This document shows positions 45,043-54,379 of a DNA stretch of 64,000 bases, in pieces. The position numbers and the translations under genes are program-made. Positions within the stretch are counted from its first letter, which is position 1, and each line of letters opens with the position of its first letter. The stretch comes from Kribbella sp. (GTDB lineage Bacteria; Actinomycetota; Actinomycetes; Propionibacteriales; Kribbellaceae): assembly GCA_036503355.1 (NCBI GenBank), contig DASXXB010000096.1, positions 41,776 through 105,775 of the forward strand. The letters run 5' to 3'. The notes beneath the pieces are model-generated. The model saw only the letters and a program-made list of their open reading frames with translations, searched no databases and had not been told where the DNA came from.

Positions 45043-45366
45043 ATGCCCGCAGGATCGAGCCCGAAGCGTGAACGGCAGTACGAGCACATCAAGTCCGGCC
45101 TGAAGGAACGCGGCCGCAGCGAGGACGTCGCCGAGGAGATCGCGGCGCGCACCGTGAACAAGGAACGCGCCCGGTCCGGGGAGTCCAAGCAGAAGAGCCG
45201 GACGTCGACGCACGACATCTCGTCCGGACGGCGCGGCGGGCTCCGGTCGCACAGCGGCTCCCAGGGCCGCACCAAGGACCAGCTCTACAACGAGGCGAAG
45301 GAGAAGAACGTCAAGGGCCGCTCGAAGATGACGAAGGCTCAGCTCGAGAAGGCCGTCGGGCGCTGA
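45043..45366 (+). CDS. Small basic stress protein ('plasmid stabilization protein'-like, C-terminal Rho-N-like motif)
   Basis: [27 protein letters not shown]...[21 protein letters not shown]. Confidence 0.8.
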   Translation: MPAGSSPKRERQYEHIKSGLKERGRSEDVAEEIAARTVNKERARSGESKQKSRTSTHDISSGRRGGLRSHSGSQGRTKDQLYNEAKEKNVKGRSKMTKAQLEKAVGR

Positions 45367-45367
45367 C

Positions 45368-47716
45368 GTGCAGCGGATCGACGGAGTACCGCTGACCGAC
45401 GAGGAGCTGCGCGGGATCGACGCGTACTGGCGGGCGGCGAACTACCTGTCCGTCGGGCAGATCTACCTGCTCGCCAACCCGCTGCTGCGCGAGCCGCTCC
45501 GCGCCGAGCACATCAAGCCCCGGCTGCTCGGTCACTGGGGTACGACGCCGGGCCTGAACCTGGTGTACGCGCACCTCAATCGCGTGATCAGGCAGCGGGG
45601 CCAGGAGGTGCTGTTCGTCACCGGGCCGGGGCACGGCGGACCGGCGCTGGTGGCGAACACCTGGCTGGAAGGAAGCTGGACAGCGGCGTACCCGAACACC
45701 ACGCGGGACGAGGCCGGGATGGGGAGGCTGTTCAAGCAGTTCTCGTTTCCCGGCGGCGTACCGAGCCACGTGGCCGCCGACGTACCGGGATCGATCAACG
45801 AGGGTGGCGAGCTGGGCTACTCGCTCAGTCACGCGTACGGCGCCGCGGCGGACAATCCCGGCCTGCTCGTGGCCTGTGTCGTGGGCGACGGCGAAGCGGA
45901 GACGGGACCGCTCGCGGCGTCCTGGCACTCGAACAAGTTCCTGAACCCGGCCCGCGACGGCGCCGTGCTGCCGATCCTGCACCTGAACGGGTACAAGATC
46001 GCGAACCCGGCGGTGCTCGCGCGGATCGGTGACGAGGAGCTGACGGCGCTGCTGCGCGGCTACGGGTACGAGCCGTACCTGGTCGAAGGCTCCGAGCCGG
46101 CCGCCGTGCACCAGGCACTCGCCGCGACTCTCGACGCCTGCCTGGACCGGATCGACGAGATCAAGGGCGAGTCGGCGCGGCCCGCGTGGCCGATGATCGT
46201 ACTGCGGACGCCGAAGGGCTGGACCGGCCCGCAGACGGTCGACGGCGTCCAGGTCGAGGACACCTGGCGGGCGCACCAGGTCCCGCTGTCCGGCGTACGC
46301 ACGAACGAGGACCACCTGCGGCAACTGGAGTACTGGCTGCGCAGCTACCGGCCGGAGGAGCTGTTCGACGACACCGGCCGTCCGGTGCCCGAGCTGGTCG
46401 AGCTCGCGCCGGGTCCGGATCTGCGGATGGGGTCGAACCCGCACGCGAACGGCGGTGTCCTGAGCCGCGACCTCGAGCTCCCGACGGTGGGGGAGTACGC
46501 CGTACCCGTGAAGACGCCGGGTGCCGAGGACGGGGAGCCGACGAAGGTGTTCGGGCAGTACCTCCGCGACGCGTTCCGGCTGAACCCGGACAACCTGCGG
46601 CTGTTCGGCCCGGACGAGACCGAGTCCAACCGGCTGAACGCCGTCTACGAGGTGACGGACAAGTCGTGGCTGGCCGAGCGCCGGGACACCGACAACCACC
46701 TGTCGCCGGACGGCCGGGTGCTCGAGATCCTCAGTGAACACACGTGCCAGGGCTGGTTGGAGGGGTACCTGCTCACCGGCAGGCACGGGCTGTTCTCGTC
46801 GTACGAGGCGTTCGTACACATCGTCGACTCGATGGTCAACCAGCACGCGAAGTGGCTGAAGACGATCAACCGGCTCGAGTGGCGGCGCCGGATCCCGTCG
46901 CTGAACTACCTGCTCACCTCGCATGTCTGGCGGCAGGACCACAACGGCTTCTCGCACCAGGATCCGGGGTTCATCGACCATGTGGTGAACAAGAAGGCGG
47001 AGGTCGTCCGGGTCTACCTGCCGCCGGACACCAACACCCTGCTGTCCACGATGGATCACTGCCTGCGGACGCGGAACTACATCAACGTCGTTGTCGCCGG
47101 CAAGCAGCCGCAGCCGAGCTGGCTGGACTGGGAGGCGGCCGCGCTGCACTGCGCACGAGGCGCCGGGATCTGGGACTTCGCCAGCAACGACGAGGGCGAT
47201 CCCGATGTCGTGATGGCCTGCGCGGGCGACGTACCGACGATGGAGACGCTGGCCGCGGTCTCGCTGCTCCGCGAGCATCTGCCGCAGTTGCGGATCCGGG
47301 TGGTGAACGTCGTCGACCTGATGCGGCTGCAGGACGCCGCCGAGCATCCGCACGGACTGCCGGATGCGGAGTACGACGCGTTGTTCACGACCGGCAAGCC
47401 GGTGATCTTCGCGTACCACGGCTACCCGTGGCTGATCCACCGCCTGACCTACCGCCGGCGCGGCCACGCCAACCTGCACGTCCGCGGCTACATCGAGGAA
47501 GGTACGACGACCACGCCGTTCGACATGGTGGTACGCAACAACCTCGACCGGTACCACCTGGCGATGGACGTGATCGACCGTGTCCCGTCCCTCGGCACGC
47601 GTGCGGCCACCGCCCGCCAGTACTTCGCCGATCAGCGGACGCGCCACCACGCGTACGTCACGACGTACGGAGAGGACCTGCCCGAGGTCCGCGACTGGCG
47701 GTGGTCAGCCGAGTAG
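45368..47716 (+). CDS. xfp: Xylulose-5-phosphate/fructose-6-phosphate phosphoketolase
   Basis: [28 protein letters not shown] (TPP), [13 protein letters not shown]. Confidence 0.96.
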   Translation: MQRIDGVPLTDEELRGIDAYWRAANYLSVGQIYLLANPLLREPLRAEHIKPRLLGHWGTTPGLNLVYAHLNRVIRQRGQEVLFVTGPGHGGPALVANTWLEGSWTAAYPNTTRDEAGMGRLFKQFSFPGGVPSHVAADVPGSINEGGELGYSLSHAYGAAADNPGLLVACVVGDGEAETGPLAASWHSNKFLNPARDGAVLPILHLNGYKIANPAVLARIGDEELTALLRGYGYEPYLVEGSEPAAVHQALAATLDACLDRIDEIKGESARPAWPMIVLRTPKGWTGPQTVDGVQVEDTWRAHQVPLSGVRTNEDHLRQLEYWLRSYRPEELFDDTGRPVPELVELAPGPDLRMGSNPHANGGVLSRDLELPTVGEYAVPVKTPGAEDGEPTKVFGQYLRDAFRLNPDNLRLFGPDETESNRLNAVYEVTDKSWLAERRDTDNHLSPDGRVLEILSEHTCQGWLEGYLLTGRHGLFSSYEAFVHIVDSMVNQHAKWLKTINRLEWRRRIPSLNYLLTSHVWRQDHNGFSHQDPGFIDHVVNKKAEVVRVYLPPDTNTLLSTMDHCLRTRNYINVVVAGKQPQPSWLDWEAAALHCARGAGIWDFASNDEGDPDVVMACAGDVPTMETLAAVSLLREHLPQLRIRVVNVVDLMRLQDAAEHPHGLPDAEYDALFTTGKPVIFAYHGYPWLIHRLTYRRRGHANLHVRGYIEEGTTTTPFDMVVRNNLDRYHLAMDVIDRVPSLGTRAATARQYFADQRTRHHAYVTTYGEDLPEVRDWRWSAE

Positions 47717-48319
47717 CTCGACAGCCACCCGGAGATCGTCGACGAACCGCGCGAAGTCCCGCCGATACTCCTCCGACCGCACCACGGCCGAAGGATGCAC
47801 GGTCGCGACCGCCGGCCGTCCGTCCTTGAGTTCCACCCGCTTGCCGCGCTCCTGGGTCACGCGGAACGACGAGCCCAGGAGCGCCTTCGCCGCGACCGAA
47901 CCCATGACGACGACCAGCGACGGCTTCACGATCTCGAGCTCGCGGGTCAGCCATGGATGGCAGGCGGTGATCTGACTGGCCGACGGCGTCTTGTGGATCC
48001 GCCGTTTGCCCTGGCGCTCGAACCGGAAATGCTTCACGGCGTTTGTGAGGTACACCTCCGACCGGTCGATGCCCGCCGCGTCCAGTGCCTTGTCGAGCAG
48101 GTGGCCCGCCGGCCCGACGAAGACGTGTCCTTCCTTGTCCTCGTGGTCACCGGGCGTCTCGCCGACCAGCATCATCCGCGCGCGCACCGGGCCTTCGCCG
48201 CCGACGACCTGCGACGCGTCCTCCCACAGGTCGCAGCCGCGGCAGTCCGGGAGCGCCGCGCGCACCTTCCGCATCCCGCCGTCGTGCGGCACCCACTGCT
48301 CAGCTCCGAGCGATCGCAT
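47705..48319 (-). CDS. udgX: UdgX-type uracil-DNA binding/glycosylase (family 4-like, Fe-S)
   Basis: CRGC, GETPG, FVGPAG, TNAVKHF, KRRIH R-loop, ACHPWL, HPS. Confidence 0.85.
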   Translation of the reverse strand: MRSLGAEQWVPHDGGMRKVRAALPDCRGCDLWEDASQVVGGEGPVRARMMLVGETPGDHEDKEGHVFVGPAGHLLDKALDAAGIDRSEVYLTNAVKHFRFERQGKRRIHKTPSASQITACHPWLTRELEIVKPSLVVVMGSVAAKALLGSSFRVTQERGKRVELKDGRPAVATVHPSAVVRSEEYRRDFARFVDDLRVAVELLG

Positions 48320-48348
48320 ACGGCTCCGGTACCCGCTCGGCTACCGAA

Positions 48349-48819
48349 TCATGACGCGGGCGGAACCAACGCCAGCCTGATGATGACGAGGCCGAACAGC
48401 ACCAGGGTCAGCGCGTGGACGACGGTGCACCACAGGCAGATCGCGTTGATCTGGAACAGCTCGGCCCAGATCAGATAGCAGACGAACACGACGCCGGTCA
48501 GTACGCCGGCCAGCCGCAGCCGCGCCGGCCACGGGGACGACGTCCGCCACATCGGGGGCACCGAGAGAGCGGTCATGCCGGCGAAGAACGCGAGCCCGAG
48601 GAGCGCGACCGGGATCCCGAAGACCTTCGAGTACTGACTGCTGGTGACCTTCGCGCAGTTCACCACGCCGGTGTCCGGGCAGGCGAGCGTCGTACCGGCG
48701 GTGAAGTGCTCGTAGGTGAGGTACGCCGCCACCGCGAGGCCGGCCACCGAGACGACCAGGGTCGCCCACGGGATCACGCCCAGCGACATCCGGGCCGTGC
48801 GTTGCGCTGTGTCGGGCAC
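48349..48819 (-). CDS. Vitamin K epoxide reductase (VKOR) family protein
   Basis: Loop cysteines C-x7-C, S..S..FGIP, CLWC in a TM helix. Confidence 0.9.
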   Translation of the reverse strand: MPDTAQRTARMSLGVIPWATLVVSVAGLAVAAYLTYEHFTAGTTLACPDTGVVNCAKVTSSQYSKVFGIPVALLGLAFFAGMTALSVPPMWRTSSPWPARLRLAGVLTGVVFVCYLIWAELFQINAICLWCTVVHALTLVLFGLVIIRLALVPPAS

Positions 48820-48823
48820 GGTC

Positions 48824-49741
48824 TCAGCCCTTCGGTGCGCCGAGCTTGCCCACCGCCGCGATGACGGGCTCGGTGGTGCAGACGTTCGCGGGCTGGTTGT
48901 TCGTCAGCTTGCAGATCGCCGCGGTGTAGACGTTGGCCGACCCGATGACGGCCTTGGAGATCGCGCTCGACGGGTCCTTGATCGCGTCGGCGATCTGCGC
49001 CTGGGTCTTCCCGGCCAGCACGTCCGGGTCGTACGTCGCCCCGGACCCGATGAACTTGTTGCCGAGGTCGATGAACGGGATCGCTCCGGCGCTGTCCTTG
49101 TCGACATACGGGACGTTGTCGTACTTCTGCAGCGTCGCCTGGTCGGCGGCCGACGGGGTGTCGAGCGGCTTGTAGCTGTTGCCCTGCACCTCGTTCGTCG
49201 TCGTCTCGACGCCGGTGAACGCCAGGTACTGACTGGTGTACGTCGAGCCGTGGAACGACAGCGACGGCGTGTTCGGGTGGACGTCGGCGGCGGCCGAGTG
49301 CGTCGTACCGAGGTCCTTGAAGGTGCCGAAGCGGGACAGCGCGACGACGACCGGCCAGCGCTCGGCGGCGCAGAACGGGCAGTACTCGGCGCCGATGTAC
49401 AGCACCTTCGGCTTGCCGTTGTCGGTGAGGGCCGGCTGGTCGTTGATCGCCGACGGCGCGGCCTTGACGTCGGCGCTGCCGACGGTGGCGAAGGTGGAGG
49501 CCGGGATCGAGCTCAGCGCGGTGATCAGCGCGGCGTCGGCCGAGCCGCTGGACCCGGTGGCGGTCTTCTTGCCGCCGCCCACCAGCCGGATCGTCACCAG
49601 CCCGCCGACGATCACCACGACCAGAACGACCGCGCCGACCGCGAGCAGGAGCCGCCGGCGCTGCTCGGCCCGTCGTTGCGCGGCCTGCTGCGCCGCGATC
49701 CGCTCGCGGGCCGCAGCCTTCTGTTCGACACGCCTTGCCAT
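48824..49741 (-). CDS. DUF929 family membrane-anchored thioredoxin-like protein
   Basis: Basic N-terminus + TM, YIGAEYCPFCAAERW, IPFIDLG (cis-Pro-like), C-terminal Cys pair. Confidence 0.8.
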   Translation of the reverse strand: MARRVEQKAAARERIAAQQAAQRRAEQRRRLLLAVGAVVLVVVIVGGLVTIRLVGGGKKTATGSSGSADAALITALSSIPASTFATVGSADVKAAPSAINDQPALTDNGKPKVLYIGAEYCPFCAAERWPVVVALSRFGTFKDLGTTHSAAADVHPNTPSLSFHGSTYTSQYLAFTGVETTTNEVQGNSYKPLDTPSAADQATLQKYDNVPYVDKDSAGAIPFIDLGNKFIGSGATYDPDVLAGKTQAQIADAIKDPSSAISKAVIGSANVYTAAICKLTNNQPANVCTTEPVIAAVGKLGAPKG

Positions 49742-49857
49742 GACTCTCCTCTGCTCGCGCACGGGCTCCCGAGGAACAACTATCCATCGGACCCGGAAGT
49801 TCCTGCCGCTGTGTCACTGTGAGGTTACAGATCGGCCGGACCGTAGGGTTTCCTGCC

Positions 49858-50478
49858 ATGGACTGGAAGCAGTGGCACCAACAGTACGACGATCCCGGAT
49901 CCGTGCTGTCGCGCCGGTTGGAGGCGGTCCAGGCACAGGTGCGGGTGGCTCTCGACCGGGCGCCGGCCGGACCAGTGCCAGTGATCAAACTCTGTGCTGG
50001 ACAGGGCCGCGACCTCCTCGGCGTACTGGCGGATCATCCGCGTCGCGCGGACGTGCGGGCCCGACTTGTCGAACTGGATCCGGAGCTGGCCGCGGCGGCG
50101 CGGGCGCGCGCTCCGGAGCAGGTCGAGGTCGTCGTGGGCGACGCGTCGCTGACGGATCGGTACGACGGGATGGTGCCGGCCGAACTCGTGCTGCTCTGCG
50201 GAATCTTCGGCAACATCACCGACGACGACATCCGGCGGACGATCGCGGCCGCGCCACAGCTGTGCCGGACCGGCGCCACGGTCATCTGGACGCGCCATCG
50301 CGGCGACCCGGATCTGGTGCCGCTGATCTGCGACTGGTTCGAGGAGCAGGACTTCGAGCGCGTATGGCTGTCGGACAAGGACGCCGGCTTCGGCGTCGGC
50401 GTGCACCGCTTCACCGGCGTACCTCAACCTCTGGTGAAGGGTCAGACACTGTTCAGCTTCGTCCCGGGCGGAGCATGA
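49858..50478 (+). CDS. SAM-dependent methyltransferase-like protein
   Basis: CAGQGRD, VELD, GDAS, CGIFGN, VIWTRH. Confidence 0.8.
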   Translation: MDWKQWHQQYDDPGSVLSRRLEAVQAQVRVALDRAPAGPVPVIKLCAGQGRDLLGVLADHPRRADVRARLVELDPELAAAARARAPEQVEVVVGDASLTDRYDGMVPAELVLLCGIFGNITDDDIRRTIAAAPQLCRTGATVIWTRHRGDPDLVPLICDWFEEQDFERVWLSDKDAGFGVGVHRFTGVPQPLVKGQTLFSFVPGGA

Positions 50479-51583
50479 GGAGACAGAGTGCCAGCAGGGC
50501 GGCGAGTACGACGTACCCGGCGTCCAGGACCGCGATCGACGCGACGGCCGCGACGAGGAGCGGACCGCCCGCGTCGCCGAGTTCGCGGCCGAGTTCGGCT
50601 GTGCCCATCGTCTGACCGAGCCGCTCCTGCGGCGTGCTCGCGGCCAGTGCCGCGAAGCCGAGCGGTGTGATCACGCCGGTCCCGGCGCCGATCAACGCGG
50701 CCGCGATCAGCAGGAACGCAACGCCGGGCAACGCTGCACACACGAAGCCGGCGGCCGCCAGACCGAGGCCGGCCGCGATGCCGGCGCGCGTCGTCAGCTT
50801 GCCGGCATCGAGAGCGCGGCCCGCGCGCGGTTGGATCACCGCGGCCGTTGCCGCCAGCAGAGAGACCGCTGCTCCGGTTGCGATGGTGCCGAGGCCGTCC
50901 GACGCGCCGGTCACCGGTAGAAAGCCGACGCCGACCGACAGCGCGGCGGTCGCGGCGGCGAGTGCCAAGGTCGGACGGAGGAATGCCGGGTCGGTGATCC
51001 GCCGGGCAAGGTCCAGAACGGTTTGCCGGGTGCGCGGCAACGGCGGTACGACGGGTACGGCGACCAGCGCCCACACCGCCACGGCCGCGGCGAGCACCGT
51101 CATGACGGCGAAGAGCAGCCGGAACCCGCCGAGCCAGACGATCCCGCCGCCGAGCAACGGACCGGCGGTGTAGCCGATGCTCTTGTAGAAGCCGTAGCTT
51201 CCGAACGCTCGCCCGTGCTTCGCCGACGGATTGAGCCGCGCGACGAGCGTCGAGGCGGCGGGGGAGAAGGCCGAGGCTGCCGCTCCCTGACCGAGCCGGG
51301 CGACCCACAACCACCCGGGCCGGTCCGCGACCACATAGGTGCCTGAGGCAACAGCAAAGCCGAGCAGGCCGAGGAGCAGGACGGGCCGCGCGCCGATCCG
51401 GTCCGAGATCGTCCCGAAGACCGGCTTCAGGAGGACCTCCGCGCCGTCGTACAGCGCGAGCAGAGCGCCGAGCGTCATCAGCGAGGTGACGGCGTCGGAC
51501 GACATGCCTCCGAGGCTGGCCGCGACGGCGTGGGCGCCGAACGCGGTGGTGAAGCCGGCGGCGTAGAGCGGCCACATTCTCAC
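50453..51583 (-). CDS. MFS transporter
   Basis: GTISDRIGAR motif A, about 12 TM; GTG start overlaps the upstream stop (alternative ATG 51577). Confidence 0.88.
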   Translation of the reverse strand: MRMWPLYAAGFTTAFGAHAVAASLGGMSSDAVTSLMTLGALLALYDGAEVLLKPVFGTISDRIGARPVLLLGLLGFAVASGTYVVADRPGWLWVARLGQGAAASAFSPAASTLVARLNPSAKHGRAFGSYGFYKSIGYTAGPLLGGGIVWLGGFRLLFAVMTVLAAAVAVWALVAVPVVPPLPRTRQTVLDLARRITDPAFLRPTLALAAATAALSVGVGFLPVTGASDGLGTIATGAAVSLLAATAAVIQPRAGRALDAGKLTTRAGIAAGLGLAAAGFVCAALPGVAFLLIAAALIGAGTGVITPLGFAALAASTPQERLGQTMGTAELGRELGDAGGPLLVAAVASIAVLDAGYVVLAALLALCLLMLRPGRS

Positions 51584-52131
51584 TGGTCGACTCCGGGTAG
51601 TTGGTGCAACTCGCGGAACACGAGCTCGGCGTACTCCTCGCACCGGGCGGCGCAGTCCTTCAGCCGGGCGGTCGCCCCGGCGGCTTCCGGCGTACCGAAG
51701 ACGTCGCGGCTGGTAATGTCGCGGTGCCAGCGGCGCAGGCGTTCGAGGCTCTGTTCTTCCTCTTCGAGCTCGGCCAGGGTGAACTTCCGGATCCGGATCT
51801 CTTTGGCGATCTCCGCCTCGAACTTGTCGCAGTCCCGCAGGAACTCGGTCCACTCCGCGCGGCGGGCCTCGTCGTACAGCCCGCGGAGCCGTTCGCCGTC
51901 GGTCGCGTCCTTGCCGGCTGCCTCGAGCGTGGTCACCTCGCCCTCGGCGCGGGCCACGAGCTGGGCCGTCCGCTGCCGCGCCGCCTCGAACACGGGCAGG
52001 TCCGGTATCGCCCAGACGCCCTGGCCGAGCGAGAGCGCGCCCGCCTTCCGGAGCTCACGCCAGACGGCCACCCGGTGCCGGGAGGGTTCGGCCGGGATCC
52101 GCACCACCAGAACCAGCCATCGGTCTGTCAC
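51580..52131 (-). CDS. ChrB N-terminal-domain protein (putative regulator)
   Basis: WLVL...P..PSRHRVAVWRELRKAGA..LGQGVW, EEEEQSLERLRRW...RDVF. Confidence 0.78.
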   Translation of the reverse strand: MTDRWLVLVVRIPAEPSRHRVAVWRELRKAGALSLGQGVWAIPDLPVFEAARQRTAQLVARAEGEVTTLEAAGKDATDGERLRGLYDEARRAEWTEFLRDCDKFEAEIAKEIRIRKFTLAELEEEEQSLERLRRWHRDITSRDVFGTPEAAGATARLKDCAARCEEYAELVFRELHQLPGVDQ

Positions 52132-52139
52132 ACAGGTAA

Positions 52140-52157
52140 CTGTAGCGCGCGTTACAG
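52140..52157. promoter_or_regulatory. Palindrome immediately upstream of the ChrB-like gene
   Basis: CTGTAGCGCGCGTTACAG (near-perfect 18-bp inverted repeat). Confidence 0.55.
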
Positions 52158-52236
52158 CCGCGCCCTATCTCGACACAGGCTCAGGACATCAGTTATGTTA
52201 CATAGACGATGTCATATCGCCTCGGAGGTGTGTGCG

Positions 52237-53103
52237 ATGGACCAGACTGCTGAGCGGTTGCTGGGGTCGGCCGGCCGGCTGTCCCGGGATCCGGAGACCG
52301 AGATCGACTGGGAGGCGCCGGTCGGCGACGGGTACGGCCTGTCCCCGGAGTGGAGCACGCTCTACGGGACGCCGTACTGGGACGAGCTGACCGAGGCGCA
52401 GCAGCGGGAGCTGACCAGGCACGAGTCGGCCTCGGTCGCGACCACCGGGATCTGGTTCGAGATGATCCTCCAGCAGTTGATCCTGCGGGACATCTACGAC
52501 AAGCCCGCACGCAGCCCGGAGTTCCAGTGGGCGCTCACCGAGATCGCCGACGAGTGCCGGCACTCGATCATGTTCGCTCGTGCGACGCAGCGGATGGTCG
52601 AGCCGGTGTACCGGCCGCGGTTGCTGGCGCGGGAGCTCGGCCGGATGTTCAAGACCGTCGCGACCGGCGAATCGGCGTACGCCGCGATTCTGGTGGCCGA
52701 GGAAGTGCTCGACGTGATGCAGCGCGACTGGATGCGCGACCGCCGGGTGGAGCCGCTGGTGCGGACGGTGAACCACATCCACGTGGTGGAGGAGTCGCGG
52801 CACATGGTGTTCGCCCGCGAGGAGACCCGCGAGCGGCTGGCCGGCGCCGGGCGCGGGCGGCGCTGGGTGAGTGCGCTGGTGATCGCGATCGCCGCGGACA
52901 TGATCGTGTCGAGCATGGTCGGCCGCGACGTGTACGTGAACGTCGGCCTGGACGCCGATCGTGCCGTGCGGGAGGCGCGGAACAACGAGCACCACCGCTC
53001 GCTGCTGCGGACCAGTTGCGCGAACCTGATGGACTTCCTCGGATCGGTCGGACTGCTGACACCCGCCGCGGCCCGGGTGTACCGGCGCACCGGCCTGCTG
53101 TGA
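52237..53103 (+). CDS. AurF-like diiron (arylamine N-) oxygenase
   Basis: GIWFE, EIADECRH, EEVLD, HVVEESRH; GGAGG RBS. Confidence 0.88.
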   Translation: MDQTAERLLGSAGRLSRDPETEIDWEAPVGDGYGLSPEWSTLYGTPYWDELTEAQQRELTRHESASVATTGIWFEMILQQLILRDIYDKPARSPEFQWALTEIADECRHSIMFARATQRMVEPVYRPRLLARELGRMFKTVATGESAYAAILVAEEVLDVMQRDWMRDRRVEPLVRTVNHIHVVEESRHMVFAREETRERLAGAGRGRRWVSALVIAIAADMIVSSMVGRDVYVNVGLDADRAVREARNNEHHRSLLRTSCANLMDFLGSVGLLTPAAARVYRRTGLL

Positions 53104-53110
53104 GCCCACG

Positions 53111-54379
53111 ATGACGTTTGCGATCTCGGGCGACTGCTGCTCGGATGCGAGCTGCGTGGCGGTCTGCCCGATGAACAGCATCCATCCGTCGCCGGGCGAG
53201 CCCGGATTCGGCACCGGTGCGAGTCTGTTCATCGATCCGCGGACCTGCATCGACTGCGGCGCCTGCGCGGACGTCTGCCCGGTCGACGCGGCCAAACCCG
53301 CTGACGAGTCCGCGCCCGGCGACGTGCAGCGCAATGCGGCGTACTTCGCGGAGCGCGAGCCACTGCAGGCGATGGATCTCGACAGCTGGGAGCCGCCGTC
53401 GTACCAGGTCTGGGGTGGCGGACCGCGGCGCGTGCTGGTGGTCGGCGCCGGCCCGGCCGGGATGTACGCGACGCGCGAGCTGCTGCTGCGGACTTCGGCC
53501 GAGATCACCGTCGTCGACCGGAGTGAGCAGCTCGGCGGACTCGTCCGGTTCGGCGTAGCGCCGGATCATCCGCAGACCAAGCAGATCATCGAGACCTTCG
53601 AACGACTGGTCCGGCACCCGCGGGTGCGCTGGCGGCCGGCCACCGATGCTGCGGAACTGCGGAGCGGGCCGGATGGTTTGCCCGACGGGTACGACGCGGT
53701 TGTCCATGCGGTCGGTGCCCGGCGGAGCCGGCGGCTGCGGATCACCGGCGAGGACGCCGCCTGCACCGCGGAGGACTTTGTTGCCTGGTACAACGGACGG
53801 CCCGGCGCTCCGGCTCCGGCCGACTTGGTCGGACCGCGGGCTGTCGTCGTGGGCAACGGCAACGTCGCGCTGGACCTCGCGCGGCTGTTGCTGAGCGACG
53901 AGGAACAGCTCCGCGGCATGGATATCCTGCCCGAGGTACGGCGGGTGCTCGCGGGCAGCGGTATCAAGGAAGTCGTGCTGCTCGGACGCCGCGGGCCGGA
54001 CCAGGCGGCGTACACGGAGCCCGCACTGCGGGAACTGCTCGCGGTCGCCGGTGACCGCGTCGAGCTGCGGTACCACGCCCGGCCGGTCGCATGGACGGCC
54101 GGCGGGCTGGTACTCGACTCCGGCGAAACGATTGCGGCGGGCAACCTGTTCACCGCGATCGGGTTCGAGGGCCGGCCGATCGACGGCCTGCCGTTCGACG
54201 CCGCGCGCGGGATCGTCCCGAACGACCGCGGCGCCGTCGTCGGCCGCCCGGGGCACTACGTGGCGGGCTGGATCAAACGCGGCGCGCGCGGCGGGATCGG
54301 GGTCAACAAGGCCTGTGCGCAGGAGACCGTGATGACGCTGGTCAGCTCTTCCAGGGCTGCAGCTTCTCCGGGTTCCTGA
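53111..54379 (+). CDS. Ferredoxin-fused ferredoxin:NADP+ reductase (FprB-like)
   Basis: CCSDASCVAVCP and CIDCGACADVCP Fe-S motifs, GAGPAG, GLVRFGVAPDH, GNGNVA, GWIKRG. Confidence 0.88.
   Translation: MTFAISGDCCSDASCVAVCPMNSIHPSPGEPGFGTGASLFIDPRTCIDCGACADVCPVDAAKPADESAPGDVQRNAAYFAEREPLQAMDLDSWEPPSYQVWGGGPRRVLVVGAGPAGMYATRELLLRTSAEITVVDRSEQLGGLVRFGVAPDHPQTKQIIETFERLVRHPRVRWRPATDAAELRSGPDGLPDGYDAVVHAVGARRSRRLRITGEDAACTAEDFVAWYNGRPGAPAPADLVGPRAVVVGNGNVALDLARLLLSDEEQLRGMDILPEVRRVLAGSGIKEVVLLGRRGPDQAAYTEPALRELLAVAGDRVELRYHARPVAWTAGGLVLDSGETIAAGNLFTAIGFEGRPIDGLPFDAARGIVPNDRGAVVGRPGHYVAGWIKRGARGGIGVNKACAQETVMTLVSSSRAAASPGS

Noticed and set aside
45043..45366. Plasmid or toxin-antitoxin function implied by the 'plasmid stabilization' family label
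   Set aside because: No ParE/RelE features, no antitoxin and no replication genes; it looks like a chromosomal basic stress protein.
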